Part shown: piece by piece, positions 28,899-37,033 of the stretch
Position numbering within the stretch: position 1 is the first letter of the stretch
How the letters are laid out: every line of letters begins with the position of its first letter
Virus record (IMG/VR): IMGVR_UViG_3300027804_000115
Location: 1 to 38,249 of that record
Reading direction: 5' to 3' (one strand)
DNA length: 38,249 nucleotides
DNA from: a virus
Lineage: Duplodnaviria; Caudoviricetes
Notes under the pieces: generated by a model
What the model was told of the DNA's origin: nothing
Database searches by the model: none
The model's input: only the letters and a program-made list of their open reading frames with translations
Made by a program: the position numbers and the translations under genes

Positions 28899-28935
28899 AA
28901 AAAGCCGGCAGGGGCTACCACACCCTCTGCCGGCT
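28899..28935 (-). terminator. Intergenic hairpin with U-tract on the minus strand
   Basis: AAAAA, then stem AGCCGGCAGGGG / CCTCTGCCGGCT with a 9-nt loop. Confidence 0.55.
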
Positions 28936-28951
28936 GACCCACAACAACACT

Positions 28952-30442
28952 ATGCGACTGCGACCGTACCAAGAGACTTGCTGCCGTCAAGTCACCCAGA
29001 AATGGGATGAGTTCAACCGGCTTCTGGTCGTCATCCCGACGGGTGGCGGTAAGACCATCATCTTCGCGAACATCGCAGCGCAGGTCACTGGCCGAGTCCT
29101 CATCCTGGCTCACCGGGAAGAACTCCTCCAGCAGGCCATCGACAAGATCCGCAAGGCGACCGGCATCTCCGCTTCACTGGAGCGGGCAGAGGATCGGGCA
29201 AACCCCGACTCCAAAGTGGTAGTCGCCTCCATCCAGACCATCGTTCGCCGGCTGGATCGGTTCCCCGCAGATCACTTCGCTTTCATCATCATCGACGAGG
29301 CCCATCACGTCGCGGCCAACACCTACCAGTCGATCCTCGGTCACTTCGCCAAGGCCAAAGTCCTCGGTGTCACCGCAACCCCGGATCGCAGCGACCGCAA
29401 AGCCCTCGGCGAACACTTCGATGCCGTGGCCTACGAGGTCACACTGCTGGACCTGATCCACGACAAGTTCCTCGTACCGATCCGCGCCCGCGTGTGCGAC
29501 GTGTCCATCGATCTCTCCAAGGTCTCCTTCTCCGCCGGGGACTTCGATTCCACGCAGGCCAGTGAATCCATAGAGCCCTACCTCGGACGCATCGCCGATC
29601 AGGTCAAAGAGTTTGGTGGCAAGAAGACCATGATCTTCCTGCCGCTCATCAAGACCTCGATGCTGATGCGCGACCTGTGCATCGAGCGCGGTCTCGACGC
29701 CGAGCATGTCGATGGCAACTCCTCGGATCGCGAAGAGATCCTGCAACGGTTCGCAGCAAAGGAACGCGGCATCATCTGCAACGCCATGCTGCTGACCGAG
29801 GGCTACGACGAACCATCCATCGACACCATCGTCGTCCTGCGACCCACACGATCCCGCGCACTGTACACGCAGATGATCGGTCGCGGCACCCGGCTGCATC
29901 CAGACAAGACGCACCTCACGATCTTGGACTTCCTGTGGATGACCGGCAGGCATCGGCTCGTCCGGCCAACCTCCCTGATCTCCGAAGGCGAGGTCGAGCA
30001 ACTGGCCGACAAGGCAACCGCCAAGCAGGGTGAGTTCGATCTTGAAGACGAGGTCCTCAAGGCCACGCACGAACGCGAGAAGGCGCTGCTCCGATCCCTC
30101 GCCGAGAAGAAGAAGAACGCCGGCAAGTTCATCGACCCCGTCGAGTTTGCCGTATCCATCCACTCCTCAGTTGTGGCGGAATACGAACCAACCTTTGCAT
30201 GGCAACGCCAACCTCCCAGCGAACGCCAGATCGCATCGCTCATCCAGATGGGATTCGATGCACAATCCATCCGCGACAAGGGTCACGCATCCGCACTGCT
30301 CGATGCCGTGTACAGTCGGTCCAAGCTGAATCTCGCCACACCCAAGCAGGTCCGGTTTCTCCGCAGGTTCGGAGTGCCCAAGCCCGAAACAATCTCCTTC
30401 AAGCAGGCCAGTGAAATCATCGGACGCATGATCAAAAAATGA
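28952..30442 (+). CDS. SF2 DEAH helicase (ResIII/Irc3-like)
   Basis: LRPYQ, PTGGGKT, DEAHH, TATP, LTEGYD, QMIGRGTR; C-terminal ATPKQ repeats. Confidence 0.93.
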   Translation: MRLRPYQETCCRQVTQKWDEFNRLLVVIPTGGGKTIIFANIAAQVTGRVLILAHREELLQQAIDKIRKATGISASLERAEDRANPDSKVVVASIQTIVRRLDRFPADHFAFIIIDEAHHVAANTYQSILGHFAKAKVLGVTATPDRSDRKALGEHFDAVAYEVTLLDLIHDKFLVPIRARVCDVSIDLSKVSFSAGDFDSTQASESIEPYLGRIADQVKEFGGKKTMIFLPLIKTSMLMRDLCIERGLDAEHVDGNSSDREEILQRFAAKERGIICNAMLLTEGYDEPSIDTIVVLRPTRSRALYTQMIGRGTRLHPDKTHLTILDFLWMTGRHRLVRPTSLISEGEVEQLADKATAKQGEFDLEDEVLKATHEREKALLRSLAEKKKNAGKFIDPVEFAVSIHSSVVAEYEPTFAWQRQPPSERQIASLIQMGFDAQSIRDKGHASALLDAVYSRSKLNLATPKQVRFLRRFGVPKPETISFKQASEIIGRMIKK

Positions 30443-30645
30443 GAACACCACTACGTGAGAACGCCTGGTACAAAGCCAGACTCGTACAAAACCGGAAGCT
30501 CGGCCCACTTGAGGACAGCATTGCTGCCCAACTCCAGCAGGACTTGCAGGACGTGAAGGACAACGCCCAGAGCATCGTCGCCAAGGCAATCAAACGCGGA
30601 TGGATCAAGCACAATGAAAAGCCCACAAACACTCCAACAAATTGA
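30439..30645 (+). CDS. Hypothetical protein
   Basis: ATGA-coupled to the helicase gene. Confidence 0.6.
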   Translation: MRTPLRENAWYKARLVQNRKLGPLEDSIAAQLQQDLQDVKDNAQSIVAKAIKRGWIKHNEKPTNTPTN

Positions 30646-30790
30646 CGTGCCGGATGCCGGCGACCGGGGCGATTGCAAGGACTGGGATGTGGCCTACCGC
30701 AAGTGGCTCGTCCGCCGTGGATTGATCCACGAAATCCAACGCATCGAGAGCATCGTCCAGCGATCACGACGCAAAGGGAGGAAGACGTAG
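30614..30790 (+). CDS. Hypothetical protein (58 aa, not in ORF track)
   Basis: MKSPQTL...WDVAYRKWLVRRGL...; stops 3 nt before the methyltransferase start. Confidence 0.55.
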   Translation: MKSPQTLQQIDVPDAGDRGDCKDWDVAYRKWLVRRGLIHEIQRIESIVQRSRRKGRKT

Positions 30791-30793
30791 TCC

Positions 30794-31702
30794 GTGAATT
30801 ACTACAATGAACACGATGCCAAAGCCGCAGCCTGGCTGCGCGAACTCATCAAGCGCGGACACATCCCAGATGGAATTGTGGACGAGCGATCCATTGAGGA
30901 CGTTGTGCCCAGCGAACTCGCTGGCTTCACCCAGTGCCACTTCTTCGCAGGCATCGGTGGATGGAGCCTCGCCCTGCAACTCGCCGGATGGCCAAAGGAC
31001 CGTCCTGTGTGGACCGGATCCTGTCCGTGCCAGCCTTTCAGCCTTATCGGAAAGCAGAAAGGAGCCGCAGATGAAAGACACCTGTGGCCTGAGTTCTACA
31101 GGCTCATCACCAAGCTCAATCCTTCAGTCGTCTTTGGAGAACAGGTTGCGGGCAAGAATGGACTTGAATGGCTGTCAGGAGTTCGCTCTGACCTGGAAGC
31201 TTGTTCCTATGCTGTCGGGGCCTCCAATCTGTGCGCTGCTGGCGTCGGATCACCACATCGAAGACAGAGGCTTTATTGGGTGGCTTACGCCGGCAGCACG
31301 GGACTGGAAGGATTCTCCTGGAATGGCAACAACAGCAAAGAACCCGGACGGTTCAACGCGCAACCGGGTGGATCAACTACCGAGACAGGCTCGCTTGGTT
31401 CTGACTCCACCGGCATGGATGCCTTGCACATGTTGCGACGAGTGGATTTGCACGATTCATGCGGAGCACGTACACGATTGCGATTGTCCGCCGATAGAGA
31501 GCTGGATCGAGGTGAACTCGGATCCATATGGAGCAGGTTCCAACAAGTCCCATGCTCCGATGGTTGGCGCAGGGTTGAACCCGGCACATTCCCGTTGGCT
31601 CATGGGATACCCGCCCGAGTGGTGCGACTGCGCGGTTACGGCAATGCAATCGTTCCCCAAGTCGCAGCCACGTTCATCGAAGCAACAGGTCTGATCCAAT
31701 AA
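30794..31702 (+). CDS. DNA cytosine-5 methyltransferase, alpha (catalytic) subunit
   Basis: Motif [49 protein letters not shown]; no motif IX in this frame. Confidence 0.92.
   Translation: MNYYNEHDAKAAAWLRELIKRGHIPDGIVDERSIEDVVPSELAGFTQCHFFAGIGGWSLALQLAGWPKDRPVWTGSCPCQPFSLIGKQKGAADERHLWPEFYRLITKLNPSVVFGEQVAGKNGLEWLSGVRSDLEACSYAVGASNLCAAGVGSPHRRQRLYWVAYAGSTGLEGFSWNGNNSKEPGRFNAQPGGSTTETGSLGSDSTGMDALHMLRRVDLHDSCGARTRLRLSADRELDRGELGSIWSRFQQVPCSDGWRRVEPGTFPLAHGIPARVVRLRGYGNAIVPQVAATFIEATGLIQ
31071..31694 (+). CDS. Overprinted C5 methyltransferase beta subunit (+1 frame, nested)
   Basis: AAAGGAG 6 nt before ATG 31071; [18 protein letters not shown] and motif-IX-like [16 protein letters not shown]. 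Confidence 0.78.
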   Translation: MKDTCGLSSTGSSPSSILQSSLENRLRARMDLNGCQEFALTWKLVPMLSGPPICALLASDHHIEDRGFIGWLTPAARDWKDSPGMATTAKNPDGSTRNRVDQLPRQARLVLTPPAWMPCTCCDEWICTIHAEHVHDCDCPPIESWIEVNSDPYGAGSNKSHAPMVGAGLNPAHSRWLMGYPPEWCDCAVTAMQSFPKSQPRSSKQQV

Positions 31703-31711
31703 CACACCCAC

Positions 31712-33484
31712 ATGGCTACCACCATTGAGCGGGCCAGGGCATGGCTGTCCCGCGTTCCTCACTCCATCTCCGGTCAGAACGGGCACGCACAAGCATTCAC
31801 CGCCGCAACCGGGCTCATCCACGGCTTCTGCCTCGATGACAACGATGCCTACGATCTGCTCCTCGACTGGAACCGATCCTGCCAACCCCCGTGGAAGGAA
31901 CGCGAACTGGTCCACAAGATCAGGTCCGCACGCGACACGCCCCACTCCAACCCACGCGGCCACCTCCTGGAATCCAGTGGGCCACGTACCGCACCTCCGC
32001 CCATGTCCGCCGTGCGCTTCACCAAGCAGGCCGCAGCTCCCACCCCGCTCGCTCCAATCGCCGACGAGTTCCACGCATTCCTGCAAGCCGCTTTCTGCGA
32101 AGGTGAGATCGTCTGCATCTGCAACGACCTGACACCCGAAGGCAAACCCAACTCCTCTGGTTCCTTCATGACCCGCGAACAATGGATGGAACGATTCGCC
32201 GGCCACGAATGCCCACTCGAGGCCCTCGGATCCAGCGGTGCGTTCGTCCGCATCAATCCATTCGCTCCCGGTGACTTCTCCGGTTCCGACAAGAGCGTCT
32301 CCAATCTGCGCCACGTACTCGTCGAGATGGATGAGATGCCCAAAGCCCAGCAGCTCGAAATCCTTCAGCAGTCCGGTCTCCCCATCTCCGTACTCATCGA
32401 TTCCGGTGGCAAGTCCATCCACGCATGGGTCCGCGTCGATGCCGTAGACCGCGCCCAGTGGGAAGAACGACGCGATGTCATCTACGCACACATCCCCGGC
32501 ATCGATCCCAAGAACAAGAACCCGTCCCGCTACTCCCGCCTTCCCGGTGCCCAACGAGGCGACCATCGCCAACGCCTGATCGCCACACGCATCGGCTCCC
32601 CCACTTGGGAGGACTGGATCGTCAGCATCGAACAGGCCGAGGACGATGCCACCATCATCACCACCGAGGACCTCGCCGGGTTCGATCCCTCCAACGATCC
32701 CGACAACCTGGTGGGCAATCGCTGGCTCACCAAGGGATCCTCCATCGTCCTGTCCGGTGGTTCCGGTATCGGCAAGTCATCCCTCATCATGCAGCTCATC
32801 ATGCTGTGGGCCACCGGCAAACCGTTCTTCGGCATCGCCCCGGTCAAGCCACTCCGCATCGGTGTCATCCAAGCCGAGAACGACAAGGGTGATCTCGCCG
32901 AGGCATTCCAAGGCGTCGTAAAGGGACTCTCACTCTCCGGGTCCGACTCCCAAGCCATCCGCAAGAACATCTCCTTCCGCACCGAGACCGTCCGCACCGG
33001 CCAGTCATTCCTGGAATACGCCCGCCGCTTCATCACCAAGTCCAAGCTGGACCTCATCGTGTGCGATCCCCTCCTGTCGTACTTCGGTGGGGATCTCTCC
33101 AACCAGGAAGCCGTGTCGCGGTTCCTGCGGAATCAGCTCCAGCCAATCCTCAAGGAAACCAAGGTCTGCTGGATGTGGATCCATCACATCGCCAAGCCGG
33201 CCAAGGACCGCGACGGTGAACCGCCATCCATGATGGAGCTGGCCTACTCTGGATTCGGTTCCAGCGAACTCACAAACTGGGCACGCGAGATCGCCGTCAT
33301 CCAAGAAGTGGGCCACCAGAAGCCACGCAAGTTCCGCCTGAACTTCTGCAAGCGCGGAGGACGCCTTGATCGGGCTGTCCTCCCGCTGTCTCACGGCGAG
33401 AACGGTTCCATCGTCTGGAGCGAGTGGAACCCCGGCATGATGACCGGAGCCGATCTCAAGAAGGCTCCTGCTCGTCGTCGGTGA
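31712..33484 (+). CDS. Primase-helicase (RepB-like primase + AAA_25/RepA-like helicase)
   Basis: LVEMD and IDSGGKSIHAW primase motifs, NPSRYSRLPG; Walker A GGSGIGKS, LIVCDPL, IHH..K. Confidence 0.88.
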   Translation: MATTIERARAWLSRVPHSISGQNGHAQAFTAATGLIHGFCLDDNDAYDLLLDWNRSCQPPWKERELVHKIRSARDTPHSNPRGHLLESSGPRTAPPPMSAVRFTKQAAAPTPLAPIADEFHAFLQAAFCEGEIVCICNDLTPEGKPNSSGSFMTREQWMERFAGHECPLEALGSSGAFVRINPFAPGDFSGSDKSVSNLRHVLVEMDEMPKAQQLEILQQSGLPISVLIDSGGKSIHAWVRVDAVDRAQWEERRDVIYAHIPGIDPKNKNPSRYSRLPGAQRGDHRQRLIATRIGSPTWEDWIVSIEQAEDDATIITTEDLAGFDPSNDPDNLVGNRWLTKGSSIVLSGGSGIGKSSLIMQLIMLWATGKPFFGIAPVKPLRIGVIQAENDKGDLAEAFQGVVKGLSLSGSDSQAIRKNISFRTETVRTGQSFLEYARRFITKSKLDLIVCDPLLSYFGGDLSNQEAVSRFLRNQLQPILKETKVCWMWIHHIAKPAKDRDGEPPSMMELAYSGFGSSELTNWAREIAVIQEVGHQKPRKFRLNFCKRGGRLDRAVLPLSHGENGSIVWSEWNPGMMTGADLKKAPARRR

Positions 33485-34031
33485 GAGGCTCGCGCATCGC
33501 AGCAAAGAACCCGTAGGGATCGTTTGGATCCCCGGTGGTCCCGGTGTCCGGTCCTTTGGGCTGCGACACCGTTTCCGTTTCTTGGGGCTGCTCTTGGATC
33601 TCGACTCCGTTGGCCAACGCCTGCTCGAGCACCTGCAAGCGTTCGATGATCTCAGCCAAGGTTGACTTCGTGTCATCGATGAACTGCTTGAGCTTGCGGC
33701 CATCGGAGCGAGGCTTCTCTTCCAGTTGCAGCAACCGCTTCTCGATGGAGCTGAAGCGGCGTTGGGTCAGCAGGCCAAGCTCTTCGGTGGATTGGTTTAC
33801 CCATTCGCAGCCGTGCCAGGACGCGGTGTGGCGGTCGAAGATGATCACCGCGCTCTTCGGCTGGCGCATCGAGTTGAAGGACCGACGCGCCGTTTCAAGG
33901 TCGCAGCCAATCACTTGCATGATGTGGGCCAGTACTTGTGAGCGGGTTGGATCGGGGTGGTGTTGTTTGGGTTCCATGGTCGAGAACAACCCCCGCAAGG
34001 TGTGGTGCTTTCCGTTGATGTGGATATACAT
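33456..34031 (-). CDS. Hypothetical protein with coiled coil
   Basis: 191 aa, convergent with the primase gene; has its own promoter-like upstream sequence. Confidence 0.7.
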   Translation of the reverse strand: MYIHINGKHHTLRGLFSTMEPKQHHPDPTRSQVLAHIMQVIGCDLETARRSFNSMRQPKSAVIIFDRHTASWHGCEWVNQSTEELGLLTQRRFSSIEKRLLQLEEKPRSDGRKLKQFIDDTKSTLAEIIERLQVLEQALANGVEIQEQPQETETVSQPKGPDTGTTGDPNDPYGFFAAMREPLTDDEQEPS

Positions 34032-34064
34032 ATCTTCTTTTGACTCAGGTTGAGTACGGCTAAC

Positions 34065-34094
34065 AGGCTACATTTTGTAAAGAACCCAAGTCAA
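34065..34094 (-). promoter_or_regulatory. Putative sigma70-type promoter
   Basis: Minus strand TTGACT-18 nt-TAGCCT in an AT-rich patch upstream of ATG 34031. Confidence 0.45.
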
Positions 34095-34147
34095 GACGGT
34101 CTTATTTTGAGTACCGATTCAGATTTATGGCTATGAGAATATGGCCA

Positions 34148-34245
34148 CTCCCCCTAAAAGGGGAGGTAACGCTCCACTTTTTGGAGCTCGCATCGCAGAG
34201 GGCGCAGCGGGGGACTCTGACGGTCCCCGCGCCCCCTGCTCTGCG
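34148..34245. other. Cluster of three inverted repeats, candidate replication origin
   Basis: CTCCCC/GGGGAG (34148-34165), GCTCCA/TGGAGC (34171-34187), CGCAGAG...GGGGAC/GTCCCC...CTCTGCG (34194-34245), next to an AT-rich patch. Confidence 0.45.
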
Positions 34246-34934
34246 TTGGACCCCCCATAAACCCTCCCGCTCTCCCGCTCTGCATGGCCGGTACGGAAGG
34301 TTGGTTGGCGTGGAAGGTATCCGGTGTGGCAGGCAAGCACAGTGGCCCCTGGTTGGAATGCAGTCCGGTATGCACGGCAGGCAAGAGTTGGCCGGCATGA
34401 TCCCGAAACAGATTTCGGGATGATCCCCCTGCCAACACCGCACCACCACCAAACGGGGAGTGCGACCAGTAGTAGCGGATGCCACGCAATCGCTCAGAAA
34501 GGGTCTGCCAAGGCGTTTTGTTGCGCGGGGGGTATGATGACAGCGGATGGGGGGGTGGGAGAGGCTGGAGTGGAGAGTGGCCTGCACACCCGGAAATGCC
34601 CCGTTCAGGGGATTGCTTCCAACCGCACCATCATCCATCCTACTGAAGTCATCGGGCGAATGGGGCGCGGAGAGAACCCGCGACAGGGCATTTTCCCTTG
34701 GTTTTGGCCCATAGGCAACACGCTCCGATGACCCACTCTTTCGCACGCAGAACCCCATCCTCCAGCCATTGTGCAACACACTGCCCTAGCATACGGGCAC
34801 CGGATTGGCTCCCAACCTTAACGAGGACGGTATGCGGCGTGCGAATCCACTCCCCCATCCCATTTCAATTCCCACAATTCCGAATTTTACCTAATAACCA
34901 GTACTCATGAACAGAGCAGCACCGCACCATCTTG

Positions 34935-35081
34935 GGGGCACGGGGCAGCGGGGCTGGGCCGAGCGGGCGGGGCGGGTGGGCGTCCGGGCGGGTACAGGGG
35001 CGGCGGGTGACGGGCGCAGGCCAGCGGGTGACGGCGCGGGGCGAGCGCAGGCCAGCGGGGCACGGGGCACGGGGCACGGGG
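34935..35081 (+). repeat. G-rich direct repeats
   Basis: GGGGCAC x3 (35057-35077); GCGCAGGCCAGCGGG x2 (35014, 35045); GCGGGTGACGG x2. Confidence 0.8.
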
Positions 35082-35217
35082 CGAGGACAGGCAACACCCA
35101 GGCGAGCGAACGGGGCGAACGGACAGGCTGGAACCCGGCAGGATGGGAGGAGCGGAACCCGATTCCAGGGGGATTCTGCGGGGGGGCTGGATTGATTGGC
35201 CGACTATCCAAGGCACG

Positions 35218-35246
35218 AAAAAGCCCCACCCTTTTCAGGATGGGGC
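35218..35246 (-). terminator. Intrinsic terminator of the minus-strand early operon
   Basis: Minus strand GCCCCAUCCU-GAAA-AGGGUGGGGC-UUUUU, 18 nt after the last stop codon. Confidence 0.88.
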
Positions 35247-35264
35247 GCGGGGAGTTGGGGCGAA

Positions 35265-35351
35265 CTAAAGGACCATCATTCCCAGCATGATTACGGCGAT
35301 GCCGGCCAAGATTAGGAGGCACCCCAAGAATTCGATAATCTTCTCTTTCAT
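35265..35351 (-). CDS. 28-aa single-TM peptide
   Basis: MKEKIIEFLGCLLILAGIAVIMLGMMVL; ATGA-coupled; last gene before the terminator. Confidence 0.55.
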   Translation of the reverse strand: MKEKIIEFLGCLLILAGIAVIMLGMMVL

Positions 35352-35491
35352 TCGACGATCCTCGCAATTTTCTTGCTCTTGTCTCCTCGCCACAAATTGC
35401 GCGCTTCTTCCAGCGTCGCAGTAGTCTGGAGCAAAACCCGCTTCTCTACGTCGCTCCAAACAATCACCAGGTATCGGATTTGCACCTTCAC
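35348..35491 (-). CDS. Hypothetical protein (47 aa)
   Basis: GTGA-coupled; TLEEAR motif. Confidence 0.6.
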   Translation of the reverse strand: MKVQIRYLVIVWSDVEKRVLLQTTATLEEARNLWRGDKSKKIARIVE

Positions 35492-35673
35492 GCTTGACCT
35501 TTCGCTTCCAGCATCTTCTCCAATTCCAGGCGGACGAAGTACAGGCCCGTCAACCTCCGGCTCCACTCAATCCAGTCCGGGTGATTGATTTCACGCGGCA
35601 TCAGATTCATCAGGCTACCCTCTGCCCTGCTGATGTCGTGGATTGCAATGACGATTGCGTCGCGGGTGTTCAT
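35488..35673 (-). CDS. Hypothetical protein (61 aa)
   Basis: ATGA-coupled start MNTRDAI. Confidence 0.6.
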   Translation of the reverse strand: MNTRDAIVIAIHDISRAEGSLMNLMPREINHPDWIEWSRRLTGLYFVRLELEKMLEAKGQA

Positions 35674-36008
35674 CGTCCGTCCCTTTCCACAATGCTTCCC
35701 CAGTCTCCCACCCGATAGGACCCGCGCCAATACAGCAGCGTTGCCGTGTACGTATCACCCGCGTTTAGATACGTCAGCCATTCCCCTCGCAATTGCACGC
35801 CTTCCACGCCATGCGTTTCCGCAATGGAATCCAGCACGGTCATGCGGATATCCAGAGTGGTAGGCGCGTGATAGCATCCCCTCACTCGCTCCGCGCCTAC
35901 GGGATGCTGTTCGAGTTCGGAGCGAGTCATTTCCAGGATGCGCCTTGCATCCCTTGCACGCTCGCCAAAAACGCTTCTCAGCGTCTTAACTGACGGTAGT
36001 CGTTTCAT
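35670..36008 (-). CDS. Conserved phage early protein (YLNxGDTY...WG..VE family)
   Basis: THGVEG...YLNAGDTYTATL...GDWGSIVE. Confidence 0.8.
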   Translation of the reverse strand: MKRLPSVKTLRSVFGERARDARRILEMTRSELEQHPVGAERVRGCYHAPTTLDIRMTVLDSIAETHGVEGVQLRGEWLTYLNAGDTYTATLLYWRGSYRVGDWGSIVERDGR

Positions 36009-36086
36009 GGTTCGATAGTTCGGGCCCGGCCATGATTGGCCCACCCCTACTCACCCCGAGCATTGCCCAGGACGAGGCGGGGAAGG

Positions 36087-36773
36087 TCAATTCCGGCAGA
36101 CGGACTCCACACGTTTAGCGGACCGGCCATGGGCGAGGAACCCGACAATCACGGAGCGCGATGCAGCGCAGAGTCCGCAGTCCGCACAGGTGACATCGCC
36201 ACGCTGGGCGGGGCATACTACCACCTTCCTACCCGCAGGGGTTTTCACAGTGTGCGGGGAATCGGATGGGAGCACGACGACGACAGGACCGCAATCGACT
36301 TCGGCGAGTTCGTCGGCCTCGCTCAATGTGTCCGCGCTGAGGTTGACCCGAAACCCGTTGCGGTTCGCGAATCGGACGGCGGCACGATTCCCGGAGGATT
36401 GCGGGGAATCCCCGACCACCGGCTTGTGCGTGTATGTCCAGCCTCTGCGCCCCGCTTGTGCCCGCACCAATTGGGACAACATCTTGGAATCGATATCGTC
36501 GCCATCGCCGGGTAGGTCGCCGGCTTGGTTGTGTCGCCACAAACTGCCGGGGGCGATTGAGGATATCAGGATCAGAAAATCCAACCATGCAACCCCGCGC
36601 TTGCCTTCGTTGACTTTACGCCAGTGCCAGGCGAGGGGGCCTTGTTCCGCGTAACAACCTTTTCCCCGCAGAGGGCAGGATGTCGTAGGACAGGTGGTGT
36701 TTGGGGACGTCGTGACGGGGATCCCTCCCGTTTTCACGTTAGAGGATTGCGGGGAGAGGTGGTAGGTTTGCAT
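36087..36773 (-). CDS. Gp88-like/DUF7227-like Cys-cluster protein
   Basis: SSNVKTG, TCPTTSCPL..GCYA, WRHNQAGDL, WTYTH, CPAQ..TCADCGLC, GFLAHG. Confidence 0.75.
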   Translation of the reverse strand: MQTYHLSPQSSNVKTGGIPVTTSPNTTCPTTSCPLRGKGCYAEQGPLAWHWRKVNEGKRGVAWLDFLILISSIAPGSLWRHNQAGDLPGDGDDIDSKMLSQLVRAQAGRRGWTYTHKPVVGDSPQSSGNRAAVRFANRNGFRVNLSADTLSEADELAEVDCGPVVVVLPSDSPHTVKTPAGRKVVVCPAQRGDVTCADCGLCAASRSVIVGFLAHGRSAKRVESVCRN

Positions 36774-36785
36774 AGTGGTAGGGGA

Positions 36786-37001
36786 TCAGTGAACACGGAC
36801 CAGCCCACCGCCGCCGGTAATCTCACGCACCGGGCCGGCCAGCGTTTCCATCGCCGTTTCGACAGCGTGAAACTCACCGCACCCTTGGCAGACGTAGTGC
36901 CCGACGTCATAGGTTACCTTGCGGTTCCCAGAGTGGTACTTGTTGCAGCGCAGTTTACGCATCGCCTGCTTGATGTCGTTCGGTTTCATGGTGTTAGTCA
37001 T
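36786..37001 (-). CDS. Hypothetical protein with CxxC
   Basis: YVCQGCGEFH; fits between neighbours with C-rich spacers. Confidence 0.6.
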   Translation of the reverse strand: MTNTMKPNDIKQAMRKLRCNKYHSGNRKVTYDVGHYVCQGCGEFHAVETAMETLAGPVREITGGGGLVRVH

Positions 37002-37017
37002 GGGATAAGGGGGGTTA

Positions 37018-37033
37018 GGGGTGGGGGTTAGGA
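37018..37033. repeat. 16-bp gene-junction repeat, copy 1 (GGGGTGGGGGTTAGGA)
   Basis: Identical to 37614-37629. Confidence 0.85.

Noticed and set aside
30807-31070. Upstream extension of the nested methyltransferase frame
   Set aside because: Open, but Ser/Pro-rich with no start signal; the SD-ATG at 31071 is the better start.
34102-35290. Several ORFs of 69-225 aa on both strands
   Set aside because: Low-complexity Gly/Arg/Pro translations over hairpins and repeats, without coupling or start signals; treated as non-coding, though a small gene cannot be excluded.
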